A stretch of 64,000 nucleotides of DNA from Octopus vulgaris (Eukaryota), in assembly GCA_951406725.2 (NCBI GenBank), contig OX597836.1, forward strand, positions 22,568,001-22,632,000, in the 5' to 3' direction. Below the pieces are notes generated by a model. It ran no database searches and was not told where the DNA came from. It worked only from the letters and a program-made list of their open reading frames with translations. Shown one piece after another: positions 36,821-49,756 of the stretch. How positions within the stretch are numbered: position 1 is the stretch's first letter; each line of letters starts with the position of its first letter. The translations under genes were made by a program, and so were the position numbers.

Positions 36821-38688
36821 TAGATTACAAGTAAAAATAAAATTAAGGCATTATGCCAAACTTAAAAGAGATTATCCTCAAAATACTGGTGTTTTCAATA
36901 TCAAATGTCTCCAAAAAATGCTTACTAGTGCACTTGGTTGCATTTGAACACAATATGAGAAATGGTTGAGTGAAGAGTGTTATAGTGTCCTAATACAACT
37001 TAATCAATACTCTTTATTCCCTTAATACAACTTAATCAATAATCTTTATTCCCTTAAATTAGATTACAAGTAAAAATAAAATTAAGGCATTATGCCAAAC
37101 TTAAAAGAGATTATCCTCAACATACTGGTGTTTTCAATATCAAATGTCTCCAAAACATGCTTACTGGTGCACTTGGTTGCATTTGAACACAATATGAGAA
37201 ATGGTTGAGTGAACAGTGTTATAGTGTCCTAATACAACTTAGTCAATAATCTTTATTCCCTTAATACAACTTAATCAATAATCTTTATTCCCTTAAATTA
37301 GATTACAAGTAAAAATGCCAAACTTAAAAGAGATTATCCTCAAAATACTGGTGTTTTCAATATCAAATGTCTCCAAAAAATGCTTACTAGTGCACTTGGT
37401 TGCATTTGAACACAATATGAGAAATGGTTGAGTGAAGAGTGTTATAGTGTCCTAATACAACTTAATCAATACTCTTTATTCCCTTAATACAACTTAATCA
37501 ATAATCTTTATTCCCTTAAATTAGATTACAAGTAAAAATAAAATTAAGGCATTATGCCAAACTTAAAGAGATTGTCCTCAACATACTGGTGTTTTCAATA
37601 TCAAATGTCTCCAAAACATGCTTACTGGTGCACTTGGTTGCATTTGAACACAATATGAGAAATGGTTGAGTGAACAGTGTTAGTGTGTCCTAATACAACT
37701 TAGTCAATAATTCTTTATTCCCTTAATACAACTTAATCAATAATCTTTATTCCCTTAAATTAGATTACAAGTAAAAATAAAATTAAGGCATTATGCCAAA
37801 CTTAAAAGAGATTATCCTCAAAATACTGGTGTTTTCAATATCAAATGTCTCCAAAAAATGCTTACTAGTGCACTTGGTTGCATTTGAACACAATATGAGA
37901 AATGGTTGAGTGAAGAGTGTTATAGTGTCCTAATACAACTTAGTCAATAATCTTTATTCCCTTAATACAACTTAATCAATAATCTTTATTCCCTTAAATT
38001 AGATTACAAGTAAAAATAAAATTAAGGCATTATGCCAAACTTAAAAGAGATTATCCTCAACATACTGGTGTTTTCAATATCAAATGTCTCCAAAACATGC
38101 TTACTGGTGCACTTGGTTGCATTTGAACACAATATGAGAAATGGTTGAGTGAACAGTGTTAGAGTGTCCTAATACAACTTAGTCAATAATCTTTATTCCC
38201 TTAATACAACTTAATCAATAATCTTTATTCCCTTAAATTAGATTACAAGTAAAAATAAAATTAAGGCATTATGCCAAACTTAAAAGAGATTATCCTCAAC
38301 ATACTGGTGTTTTCAATATCAAATGTCTCCAAAACATGCTTACTGGTGCACTTGGTTGCATTTGAACACAATATGAGAAATGGTTGAGTGAACAGTGTTA
38401 TAGTGTCCTAATACAACTTAGTCAATAATCTTTATTCCCTTAATACAACTTAATCAATAATCTTTATTCCCTTAAATTAGATTACAAGTAAAAATAAAAT
38501 TAAGGCATTATGCCAAACTTAAAAGAGATTGTCCTCAACATACTGGTGTTTTCAATATCAAATGTCTCCAAAACATGCTTACTGGTGCACTTGGTTGCAT
38601 TTGAACACAATATGAGAAATGGTTGAGTGAACAGTGTTATAGTGTCCTAATAGAACTTAGTCAATAATCTTTATTCCCTTAAATTAGA
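36821..38688. repeat. Tandem array of 8 units of 239 bp (unit 3 is 223 bp, unit 8 is 207 bp)
   Basis: Unit starts at 36821, 37060, 37299, 37522, 37761, 38000, 38239 and 38478 (TAGATTACAAGT). Confidence 0.97.
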
Positions 38689-39419
38689 CCTCATTTTAAT
38701 TATTGTTTTATTGTATTTCCATGTAAATATTTTATCTATTTCCATGTAAATATGTGTGTATATGCGTGCGTGTGTGAGTGTGCAGATATGGCTGCATATG
38801 TGTGCAGGTAGGTACTGGTGCTAAAAAGAAGAACCCAGTAGACTCTGTAAAGTGGTCAGCATTGGGAAGCCATGCATGCCAAACCAGACGTTAGCACATG
38901 ACGCAGTCTTCCAGTTCATCAGACCCAACCAACCTCAAAGCCAGACATTAAAATGATGATGACAACGATTGTGTATAGCAGGGTTCTGTGCGTGTGTTTG
39001 TGTGTGTGTATGCACACAGACATACACGTGTGAGCTAATATACTGGAACATATGAATACACAACCAATGATACAGAAGAGACACAATAATTAATTACGTA
39101 GGTTCTGTATAGTTTAAACTAACATGTAAGAGTACAAAGGAAATATACTCAGGGAGAGAGAGCAATACAGAACATAACTTTTATAGAGTTTCATATATCA
39201 TACAGAATCATATATCACACACACACACACACACACACTATGGTACATGACTCCTATACCATTTAAAATAATACACTGAAACATGAAATATTCACAAGAT
39301 AGAATATTTTGCCAGAAACACGTTTTGTTTTCTTTTTCAACTTAAGAATGTGTTTAAATGTTTTTTTTAAAAACCATATAGCTTGGAGAAAGAGCAGTCT
39401 TTTCCTTTGGCTAAAACGT

Positions 39420-40640
39420 GTACGTATGTGTGTGTGTGTGTATATGTATGTATGTATGTATGTCTGTACATGTGTATGTATGTATGTATATATGTACGTA
39501 TGTATGTATGTAAGTATGTATGTACATGTGTATGTACATGTGTATGTATGTGTGTATGTACGTATTTATGTATGTATGTATGTATGTACATGTGTATGTA
39601 TGTGTGTGTGTATGTGCGTATACTGTATGTGTGTTTGCGTATATATGAGTGTGTGTGTATTTAGTACTTATTGGAGGGTATGGGGGATGGGGTTTATTCC
39701 CAAGTGGTCACTGATGCAAAAACTAATCACACTTGACATTGATTAACTTTAGTGATCAGATAAGAGATCAATGTTTTGAACTTGATATAGCTGGGAGCAT
39801 GTGTGTGTGTCTGCATGTGTGTGCGAGTATGTATGTATATATGTATGTATATATATATATGTATGCATGTCTGTATGCATGTATGAGTATATGTATGTAT
39901 ATGTTTGTATGCATGTATGTTTGTATGTATGTATGTTTGTATGTATGTATGTTTGTATGTATGTTTGTATGTATGTATGTATGTATGTATGTATGTGTAT
40001 ATGTATGTTTGTATGTATGTGTGAATAGGCATGCTTGTATGTATCATGCACATTTGAATGTGTAAGTAAACTTGTGTCAATGTGTACATATGTATGCATG
40101 TATATATATATATATATGCATGCATGCATGTGCATATATGTCTGTGTGTGTATGCATATGTATGTATAGATATATGTTGTATCTGTAGTTATATCTATAT
40201 TTATGCATATTTGTGAAATGATGTATATTTATATATATACAATATGTGTGTGTGTATACATACATACATATATATATATACACACACACACACATATTAA
40301 TATATATATATATATATATATTCATATTTATGTATTTAGGTTGTTCTGGTAGAAATTCTTCCAGCCATACTGAGCTCTTTTTCACTCCTCTTTCCTCTCC
40401 TTCCATCCTCTTCTATCACTCTCTCTCCTTGTCTTCTCTCTCACTGTTTATGTATGTATCTATCTGTCTTACAATCAGTGCATCTGTGTATTTGTGCTTC
40501 TGTATTTCTCTTTGCACTTCTCACTCTCCCCTCCTTACTCTCTCTCACACTCTCAATAAGTCTTGTTGTCTCACACTCTGTTTCTCTCTCTCTTCCTGAC
40601 TGCCATTCTGTCTGTTCGTTGTCTGTCTGCTTCTTTCTTG

Positions 40641-40675
<35 letters not shown>

Positions 40676-40703
40676 CCTATCTACCTATCTATTTATCTGT
40701 CAG

Positions 40704-40742
<39 letters not shown>

Positions 40743-40754
40743 CTAACTATCTAA

Positions 40755-40785
<31 letters not shown>

Positions 40786-40822
40786 CTTACCTACTAATCT
40801 ATTTATCTGTCTATCTATCTAA

Positions 40823-40868
<46 letters not shown>

Positions 40869-41235
40869 GTCTGTCTGTCTGTCTGTCTGTCTATGTCTTT
40901 CTCTGCCAATATCTCTGTGTGTCTGTCTATCAGTCTGGCTGTCTGTCTGTATCTCCCTCTCTGCCTGACTGTGTCTTTCTATCAGATTTGTTATCTGTCT
41001 GTCTGTCCATGCATGTCTTTGTCTGTCTGGTTATCTGTCCATCTAAGTATCAATCTGTCAGTCTACCCACCTCTCTCTCTCTTACATTCTTCCCTATATT
41101 TTTCCCTTTCTATTTCTTTATTGCATTCTTTATCTGTGTGTATGTGTGCACGTGTGTATATATGCATGTGTATGTGTGTGTATGTGTGTGTGTTTGTGTG
41201 TGTGTGTGTAAGTACATGTGTCTATGTATGTGTAG
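39420..41235. repeat. Microsatellite field (TATG, TA, TCTA, TCTG, TG)
   Basis: Directly visible. Confidence 0.9.
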
Positions 41236-41790
41236 GTGCAATATAGTTGAGTAGTTTAGAAGTTTGCTTCACAACCATAAGGTCCTGGGTTCAACCCCAC
41301 CCCAAGGCATCTTGAGTAAATGTCATTTTCTATAGCCCCTCATTGGCCTATATCTTGTGAGGGAAACTCAGTCAAAGGAAGTTGCATAGAAGCCCATCAT
41401 ATGGATTGTGCCCATAATTCAAAGGGACAACCTTGTTGAACCCTATCATACAGATCCTGACTGAGGAATATCCAGCCATTTGTATGTTCATTAAAGGAAC
41501 AGGTTTTGGTTGCTTATCCCTCTAGCATTCAGATTACCCTAACTCATTCACATTGCTTGGAATTAATCATGTATTATCTCATAGCTTTGAGATTTCAATG
41601 CTATAATTCTTTTACTCTTTTACTCTTTTACTTGTTTCAGTCATTTGACTGTGCCCATGCAGGAGCACCACCTTTAGTTGAGCAAATCGACCCCAGGACT
41701 TATTCTTTGGAAGCCTAGTACTTACTCTATTGGTCTGTTTTGCCGAACCGCTAAGTTACGGGGACATACATACATACATACATACATACA

Positions 41791-41820
<30 letters not shown>

Positions 41821-41821
<1 letters not shown>

Positions 41822-42080
41822 GAGGGCTGTTCATTAAAGATTTCCCCTAACCCACTTCCCAAGGACTGGGATAAATGAAACTTGGCATAATTATTTGTCC
41901 TTCTCTACATAGCCATCACCAATGGTGACATGCTTCTCCCATCGCTTTATGCAGCTGTGAAGATCTCATCTGTAGAAGTCAGTAGGTTGCATCTGGAGCC
42001 AAGCCTTTACCTCAAAAATAAATACATCATCATCCAAAAAGTGCTTTCCCTTCGAAAATGACTTCATGGTTGGAAAGAAA
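41821..42080 (-). mobile_element. mariner 3' end fragment
   Basis: [36 protein letters not shown]-terminus and TA|TGAGGGCTG terminal sequence. Confidence 0.75.
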
Positions 42081-42089
42081 GGTTCCCTA

Positions 42090-42660
42090 CACAGTTAGAG
42101 ATCAGCACTTCTTTACACAGTTGTCCTTGTCCATATGCATCACATGACCATACCAATGCAGTCATCTCTCTTGCACACCACATATGATGCCTCCTATGCC
42201 CAGTTTTTCTCTCAAGATGCTTACATTCTGTTGAACATGCACACTGGCTTCATTTCTTTCAAGCCTGTGCATGTCCTCAGCTGTCACAGCCCATGTTTCA
42301 TGGCCATGTAGCATGGGTGTTTGCATACAGGCATCATACAATCTGTCTTTCACTCTGAGAGAGTGGCCCTTTGTTGCCAGCAGAGGGAGGAGCTCTCTGA
42401 ACTTTGCCCAGCCTAATCTTATTCTCACAGCTATGCTCTCAGAGCATCCACCTCCACTACTAACTTGGTTACCTAGATATTGGAAGCTATCTACTACCTC
42501 TAGCTTGCCCCACTAGCAGTTGATGGAGTGTATTCTCTGCACATTTTCAGCATTTATTGTACCTGTGCATCTTCCACATACAAAAAGCTATTTTCCCTGT
42601 TAACCTTCCTCTGATATTGCTGCTCTTTTTATGTGTCCAATGCTTACACCAAAGCTTCAT
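42090..42660 (-). mobile_element. Decayed RTE RT fragment (same family as 4317-5883)
   Basis: RIRLGWAKFRELLPLLATKG..ETWAVTAED..LERNEAS and HWTHKK motifs. Confidence 0.9.
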
Positions 42661-43318
42661 CAGAAGAAAAAATGAGAAAGCATAGAGAGGGCAAGAAAGG
42701 CAAATAGTTACTGTAAAACAGGTATGTGAAGGCTTGGAAATATGGGAATGCTGTGCTGTGTGGGAGGAAGAGGCAGTGGTGAAGGAGCATGTACACAATG
42801 TTGTCACATAGTGAGAAACCTAAATCTGAATTCACATTGGTGAGTTTAAAAATAAGAGTCCCTGGTTCAAATCCAGTCCAGTTCAATACTATGTACAAAT
42901 ATGTATACAAATTAAATGTATAATTATGATGAACAGAAACCAACTCAACCAGAACATAGTCGAGAAATAAATATTTTGATAATGTTTTATCAGTAAAGTG
43001 GAGGTTAATAGTCGGAAATTATTATCTTATTAAGTAACAGTTCATCTTAGATATTTTATGCAATGGTCAGCCTCGATCTGGTACGATGTAACATCCCCTG
43101 AAAGACGACAAACAGAGATGAAGCTAATCGCAGTATGGTAGAGATGTAAATATTGGGCAAAAATGTTTCATCTCTGAAGATGGAATCAATCATGTGAAAA
43201 ATGATAATTTAATGGGTTGGTTGGTTTCGAAAATTGCGAAAAAGGCGATGGTTTGGTTCTGTGTAATGTAGGAAATGTCTTATTAAAACTAGAACAGAGA
43301 GGAAGAGAGACAGACACA

Positions 43319-43354
<36 letters not shown>

Positions 43355-43678
43355 CACACTTACAAAAAACATGCACCACACACAGATACAACCCACTCAC
43401 AAACACACATAAACACACAAATATTTTTACACACACACATACTCAGATTCACATACGTACATATGCATACATGACTACTAGTTTTATATTATATCATACA
43501 CACATACACAAACCCATTTACGTATACATGTGTATGTATATGTATATATTTGTATGTGTGTATGTATGTATTTGTATATGTATTTACATACACATGTACA
43601 CACATACATGCATGTATATATATTTATAGACTTCTGTGATCAAGTCACGGTCCATAATAAATGACTACTATGTGTAGG

Positions 43679-43738
<60 letters not shown>

Positions 43739-43811
43739 ACACATATATATATGTATATATATATATACATATATATTTATGAGTCTGTGTGTATGTATGT
43801 ATGTATGTATG

Positions 43812-43847
<36 letters not shown>

Positions 43848-43930
43848 ATAGATAGATAGATAGATACATATATAGATATATATGTATATATATACATATA
43901 TATCTATATATGTATCTATCTATCTATCTA

Positions 43931-43984
<54 letters not shown>

Positions 43985-44679
43985 GTGTGTGTGTGTGTGT
44001 GTGTGTACATATATGTACTTATATGTATATTTGCATGAATGTATGTATGTATGTATGATTGGGTAAAGTATAAATGTTTAATATGAAGAAGCCAGTTCCG
44101 CAGGAATGAGGATCAATACCATGAGGTAATGGTGGGCTGGGGTGAGGTGTTTGGTGGGGTGGCATTCAAGGTGCAGTAGGTGGAGATGGGGTGGGGGAAG
44201 GAAGGAATGGAGCTTTAAAAAAGTGAAAGATGTGTTGAAAGAAGGTGAAAAGAAACAGAAGAGGCATCGTTGAGGTGCAATCAAGAGATAAATAGAGAAA
44301 GGAAGACAGACTGGAAGGAAAGATAAAAATTTAAAAAAGTAAGGAAGAAAGGAAGAAAGGAAGGAAGAAACCAAGCACGGATGAATGAAAGCTGTTAGTA
44401 CAAAGTGTTCTCTAATTAAGTGTTCTGTATTTAATATTCTTTCATCCTAAGGAGGTGAGATGGCAGATTCGTTAGCATGCTGAGCAAAATGCTTAACAGT
44501 GTTTCATCTGTCGTCACATTCTGAGTTCAAATTCTGCTGAGGCCAGTTTAGCCTTTCATCCTTTCGGGATCAATAAAATAAGTACCAGTTGAACACTGGG
44601 GTCAATGCAATTGACTTACTCCCTCCTCTGAAATTCCTGGGCTTGTGCCAAAACTTGAAATCAATATTATCCTTATCCA

Positions 44680-45135
44680 AGTCTTCATCACTCCTAAAGG
44701 AGGAACCCCTCCCTGGTCTCCTTCTACTGATTTCTGTCTCTCTGACCAGTGATGGCCATGTAGTTCCCAGGTTGTGGATCAGATCACTTTGCTATCTTGT
44801 CTTTGGTTGGCCTCTTGATCTCGTCCCTTGTCTTGCTGTTCATTCCATTAACCTATTTATTTATTACCCACAAGGGGCTAAACACAGAGGGGGACAAACA
44901 AGGACAGACATAGGTATTAAGTCGATTATATCGACCCCAGTGCGTAACTGGTACTTAATTTATCGACCCCGAAAGGATGAAAGGCAAAGTCGACCTCGGC
45001 GGAATTTGAACTCACAACGTAACGCAGACGAAATACCGCTAAGCATTTCGCCCGGCGTGCTAACGTTTCTGCCAGCTCGCCATTAACCTGATGTCCATCT
45101 GCTGTCCTTCAGTCATGCAATGTATCCAACCCATC
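44680..45135 (-). mobile_element. Decayed RTE (BovB-like) 3' end interrupted by SINE-B (44855-45081)
   Basis: TRSRGQPKTR..LGTTWPSLVRDRNQ motif; TSD CCATTAACCT. Confidence 0.7.
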
Positions 45136-45334
45136 AATATCTGTCCTCCTTATTGGTTCTTATAATGTTAATATATCAAGATGGCAAGCTGGCAGAATCA
45201 TTAGCACATTTTGGTAGATGGAAACTGAAAGAAGCCCCTTTGTGTGTGTGTGAGTGTGTGCGTGTGTCTTTGTATCTGTGTTCCCCTACCAATGATTGGC
45301 AAACCGGTGTTGGTATTTTTCTTTCTCTTTTTTC

Positions 45335-45735
45335 TTTTCTTTTACTTGTTTCAGTCATTTGACTGCGGCCATGTTGGAGCACCGCCTTTAATTGAGCAAA
45401 TCAACCCCGGGACTTATTCTTTGTAAGCCCAGTACTTATTCTATCGGTTTCTTTTTGCCGAACCGCTAAGTGATGGGGACGTAAACACACCAGCATCGGT
45501 TGTCAAACAATGCTAGGGGGACAAACACAGACACACAAACACACACATGCATATATATAAATACATATATATGACAGGCTTCTTTCAGTTTCCGTCTACC
45601 AAATCCACTCAAAAGGCATTGGTCGGCCCAGGCCTATAGCAGAAGACACTTGCCTAAGATGCCATGCAGTGGGACTGAACTCGGAACCATGTGGTTGGTT
45701 AGCAAGCTACTTACCACACAGCCACTCCTGTGCCT
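45335..45735 (-). mobile_element. Full-length SINE-A
   Basis: Homology. Confidence 0.92.
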
Positions 45736-45857
45736 ATGTTTACATTTCCATAACTTAGTGGTTTGGCAGAAGAGATCGATAGAATAAATACCTGGCCCAG
45801 CATGGCTGCAGTCTAATGACTGAAACAAATAAATGATAAAAGATAAAAGATATAAAA

Positions 45858-46066
45858 TGTGACCGCGTGTGTACCGTTGGCGATTTTTTTCCTCCGTCTT
45901 CCCTTCCTTGGATCTTTCCTTTTCCTATGTTTCTGACAAAGAGCTCCGCTCGAAACATTAAATCCTCCTTCTTTCTTTCCTTTCCTGAGCATCCAATAAC
46001 ACTATACTTGTTCCACATCCTCGCATTGCTTTGTTTTCTCTTTGTGTTTTCATGTTTGGATTAACT
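45858..46066 (+). mobile_element. Penelope-type pLTR fragment with a decayed hammerhead core (copy 2)
   Basis: Homologous to 27684-27895; CTGACAA-AGAGC-TCC-GCTC-GAAAC. Confidence 0.65.
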
Positions 46067-47459
46067 ATATATATATAAATGCCAAGTTACAGGGACATAA
46101 ACACACCAACACCAGTTAAGCAGTGATGAAGAACAATCACAGACACACACACCTGCACATATATATAATGATCTGTCCAACCCTATGCCAACATGGATAA
46201 CGGACATTAAATGATGATGGTGGTGGTGGTGGTGGTGGTGATGACGACGATGATGATGACAATGATGATGACGATGATGATGACGATGATGATGATGATG
46301 ATGATGATGATACATATAAGACAAGTTCTTTCAGTTTCTGTCCACCAAATCCACTCCCAAGGCTTTGGTCAGCCTGAGGCTATAGCAGAAGGCACTCGCC
46401 CAAGGTTTCAATGCAGTGGGACTGAACCGGGAGCCATGTGGTTGGGAAGCAAGCTTCTTATCTCACAACTGAGCCTACACCTATAGGTGTGTGTCAGATC
46501 TATTTATCTGCTGAACATTTCAGGTGAGATGACAAATGACCAAGACACCTGGCCATACTCAAGACGACCTGTAACCCACAGCAGAAACGTTAAGACCGAT
46601 CTTGGTGGAGGTGTAAAGCATTTGTGGCAATGTCACCTAAGAGCACCTGTGTGGTGCCATGTAAAAGTGTCCATGCAATGCCATGTAAAAGCACCTGCGT
46701 GGTGTTGCTTAAAAACGCCCGTGTGGTGCCAAATAAAAGCATTGGCACACTCTGTGAAGTGGTTGGCATTAGGAAGGATACCCAGTCATAGAAACTATGC
46801 CAAATCAGACTGGTGTTTGGCACAGCTCCCCAGCTTGCCAGCTCTGGTCACACCGTCCAACCCATGCCTGCATGGATAACGGACATTAAATGATGATGAT
46901 GATGATGGTGGTGGTGGTGATAACGATGACGATGATGATGACGATGACGATGACAATGACGATGACGATAATGATGATGACGATGACGATGATGACGACA
47001 ACGATGATGATGATGATACATATAAGACGAGTTCTTTAGGTTTCTGTCCACCAAATCCACTCCCAAGGCTTTGGTCAGCCTGAGGCTATAGCAGAAGGCA
47101 CTCGCTCAAGGTGTCAATGCAGTGGGACTGAACCGGGAGCCATGTGGCTGGGAAGCAAGCGTCTTATCTCACAACCGCGCCCGCACCTATAGGTGTGTGT
47201 CAGACCTATTTATCTGCTTCATACGTTCCTCACGCACATGCACCAAATGCAGCCAGCACATACAGATAATGCACGCATCTCATGTGCCAGACGCAAACAC
47301 ACACACCAAGTGGAACATACTTCTATTTAAACCATTCCACATTAGTTGTGCTGCATATGTCAAGCAAAAACCTTTTGTAACAGTAAATTGATGAAGACTG
47401 ACAACAAATGAAACATGAGAATACATAGCTATTATATATATTTATACACACACACAGAG

Positions 47460-47732
<273 letters not shown>

Positions 47733-48049
47733 TGTGTGTGTGTGTATGTGTGTATATTTATGTATGGTGGGATAGTGTTGGCCTCTGCCACCAGAGGGCT
47801 AACTGCTGCATTCTATCTGTGTGTTCTGCTGGTAATCGATAGTTAACCAATCAAAGGTGATAGTAGAATGCTTTTAAAACATTACCGACTTTGGAATTGG
47901 TTGAGAGCAACCAATTCTGCCAGGAATTATCTGCCCAACAGTAAATCATTTTTGTGTAATATCAGAAACACACAAATATGCACACGCATACAGACACACA
48001 CACACACACACACTCATTTTATACATACTCATGCACACTCATGAATATA

Positions 48050-48140
<91 letters not shown>

Positions 48141-48652
48141 GTATATGTGTGTGTATATATATATATGTGTATGTATATGTGTGTGTGTATATATATATAT
48201 ACATACACACATAAATACTTGCATGTGTATTGTAGATACATACACTCATATATGCACACACACACACACACACAACACATCCACACACAGATAAACACAC
48301 ACGCACACATACATATGGATACACTCTTTCACATACACTCTCCAATACATACATACACAGTCACACATGCTTCTTTCCATGTGCTCACACACAGACACAC
48401 ACAGACACACACACACACAATCTTCTCATACACTCACACATTGACATATGTGCATATACCCATACACACACACACACATACACATACAATGGTATGCTCT
48501 ACATCAATTCTGATGGAATTTTTTAATGGCATTCCTCAGAATTGTGGTTCCACTGTAATTTTTCTTCAACTTACCTCACCCCAAACCACTTTCAACTTAT
48601 TCTCATTTTTTCCATCTATTTACCAAAAGGCTATTTGTTGAATAGCTTCATG

Positions 48653-48747
<95 letters not shown>

Positions 48748-49050
48748 TATATATGCTGTCTGGACACACAGACTCAGTGTGTAGATGCTGACTGGGTAGA
48801 TACTGTGTGTGGATGATGACTAGAGAGATGGACAGACACAGCAAGAGTGTGTGTGTGTGTGTGTGTTTGCATATGCATGTATTTGTGCATGTGAATATCT
48901 GTATCTAGTTTATGTAATTATAAAGACCATTTAAAACAATTGTAATGCAAGAAGAAGGCTTTAAAAATATTCAGTATAATCAAAAAATACCATTCAATTG
49001 TACACAAGAGCAAATACTTATTTCATACATACATTGGTATACATATATAT

Positions 49051-49226
49051 AGGCACAGGCATGGGTATGTGGTAAGAAGCTTGCTGCCCAACCACATGGT
49101 TCCAGGTTCAGTCCCACTGCGTGGCACCTTGGGCAAGTGTTTTCTACTATAGCCTCGGGCCGACCAAAGCCTTGTGAGTGGATTTGGTAGACGGAAACTG
49201 AAAGAAGCCTGTCGCATATATGTATG

Positions 49227-49285
<59 letters not shown>

Positions 49286-49696
49286 TTGTGTGTCTGTGCT
49301 TGTCCTCCCTAACATCGCTTGACAACCGATGTTGGTGTGTTTATGTACCAGTAACTTAGTAGTTTGGCAAAAGAAACCGATAGAATAAGTACTAGGCTTA
49401 CAAAGAATAAGTTCTGGGTCGATTTGCTCAACAAAAGGTAGTGCTCCAGCATGGCCACAGTCAAATGACTGAAACAAGTAAAAGAGAGTACTTATTTCAT
49501 ACATACATAGGTATACATATATATAGGTGCAGGCTTGGTTGTGTGGTAAGAAGCTTGCTGCCCAACCACATGGTTCCAGGTTCAGTCCCACTGCATGGCA
49601 CTTTGGGCAAGTATCTTCTACTATAGCCTCAGGCTGACCTAAGCCTTGTGAGTGGTATTGGTAGATGGAAACTGAAAGAAGCCTGTCGCATATATC

Positions 49697-49731
<35 letters not shown>

Positions 49732-49750
49732 TTGTGTGTGTGTGTGTGTG
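49051..49750 (+). mobile_element. Two tandem SINE-A copies (one full, one 5' half) sharing a duplicated upstream flank
   Basis: TACTTATTTCATACATACAT.GGTATACATATATATAGG precedes both copies. Confidence 0.88.
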
Positions 49751-49756
49751 TGTGTA

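Noticed and set aside
36821-38688. CRISPR-like array (32-bp repeats separated by longer sequence)
   Set aside because: The intervening sequences are near-identical rather than unique spacers, there are no cas genes, and the context is eukaryotic
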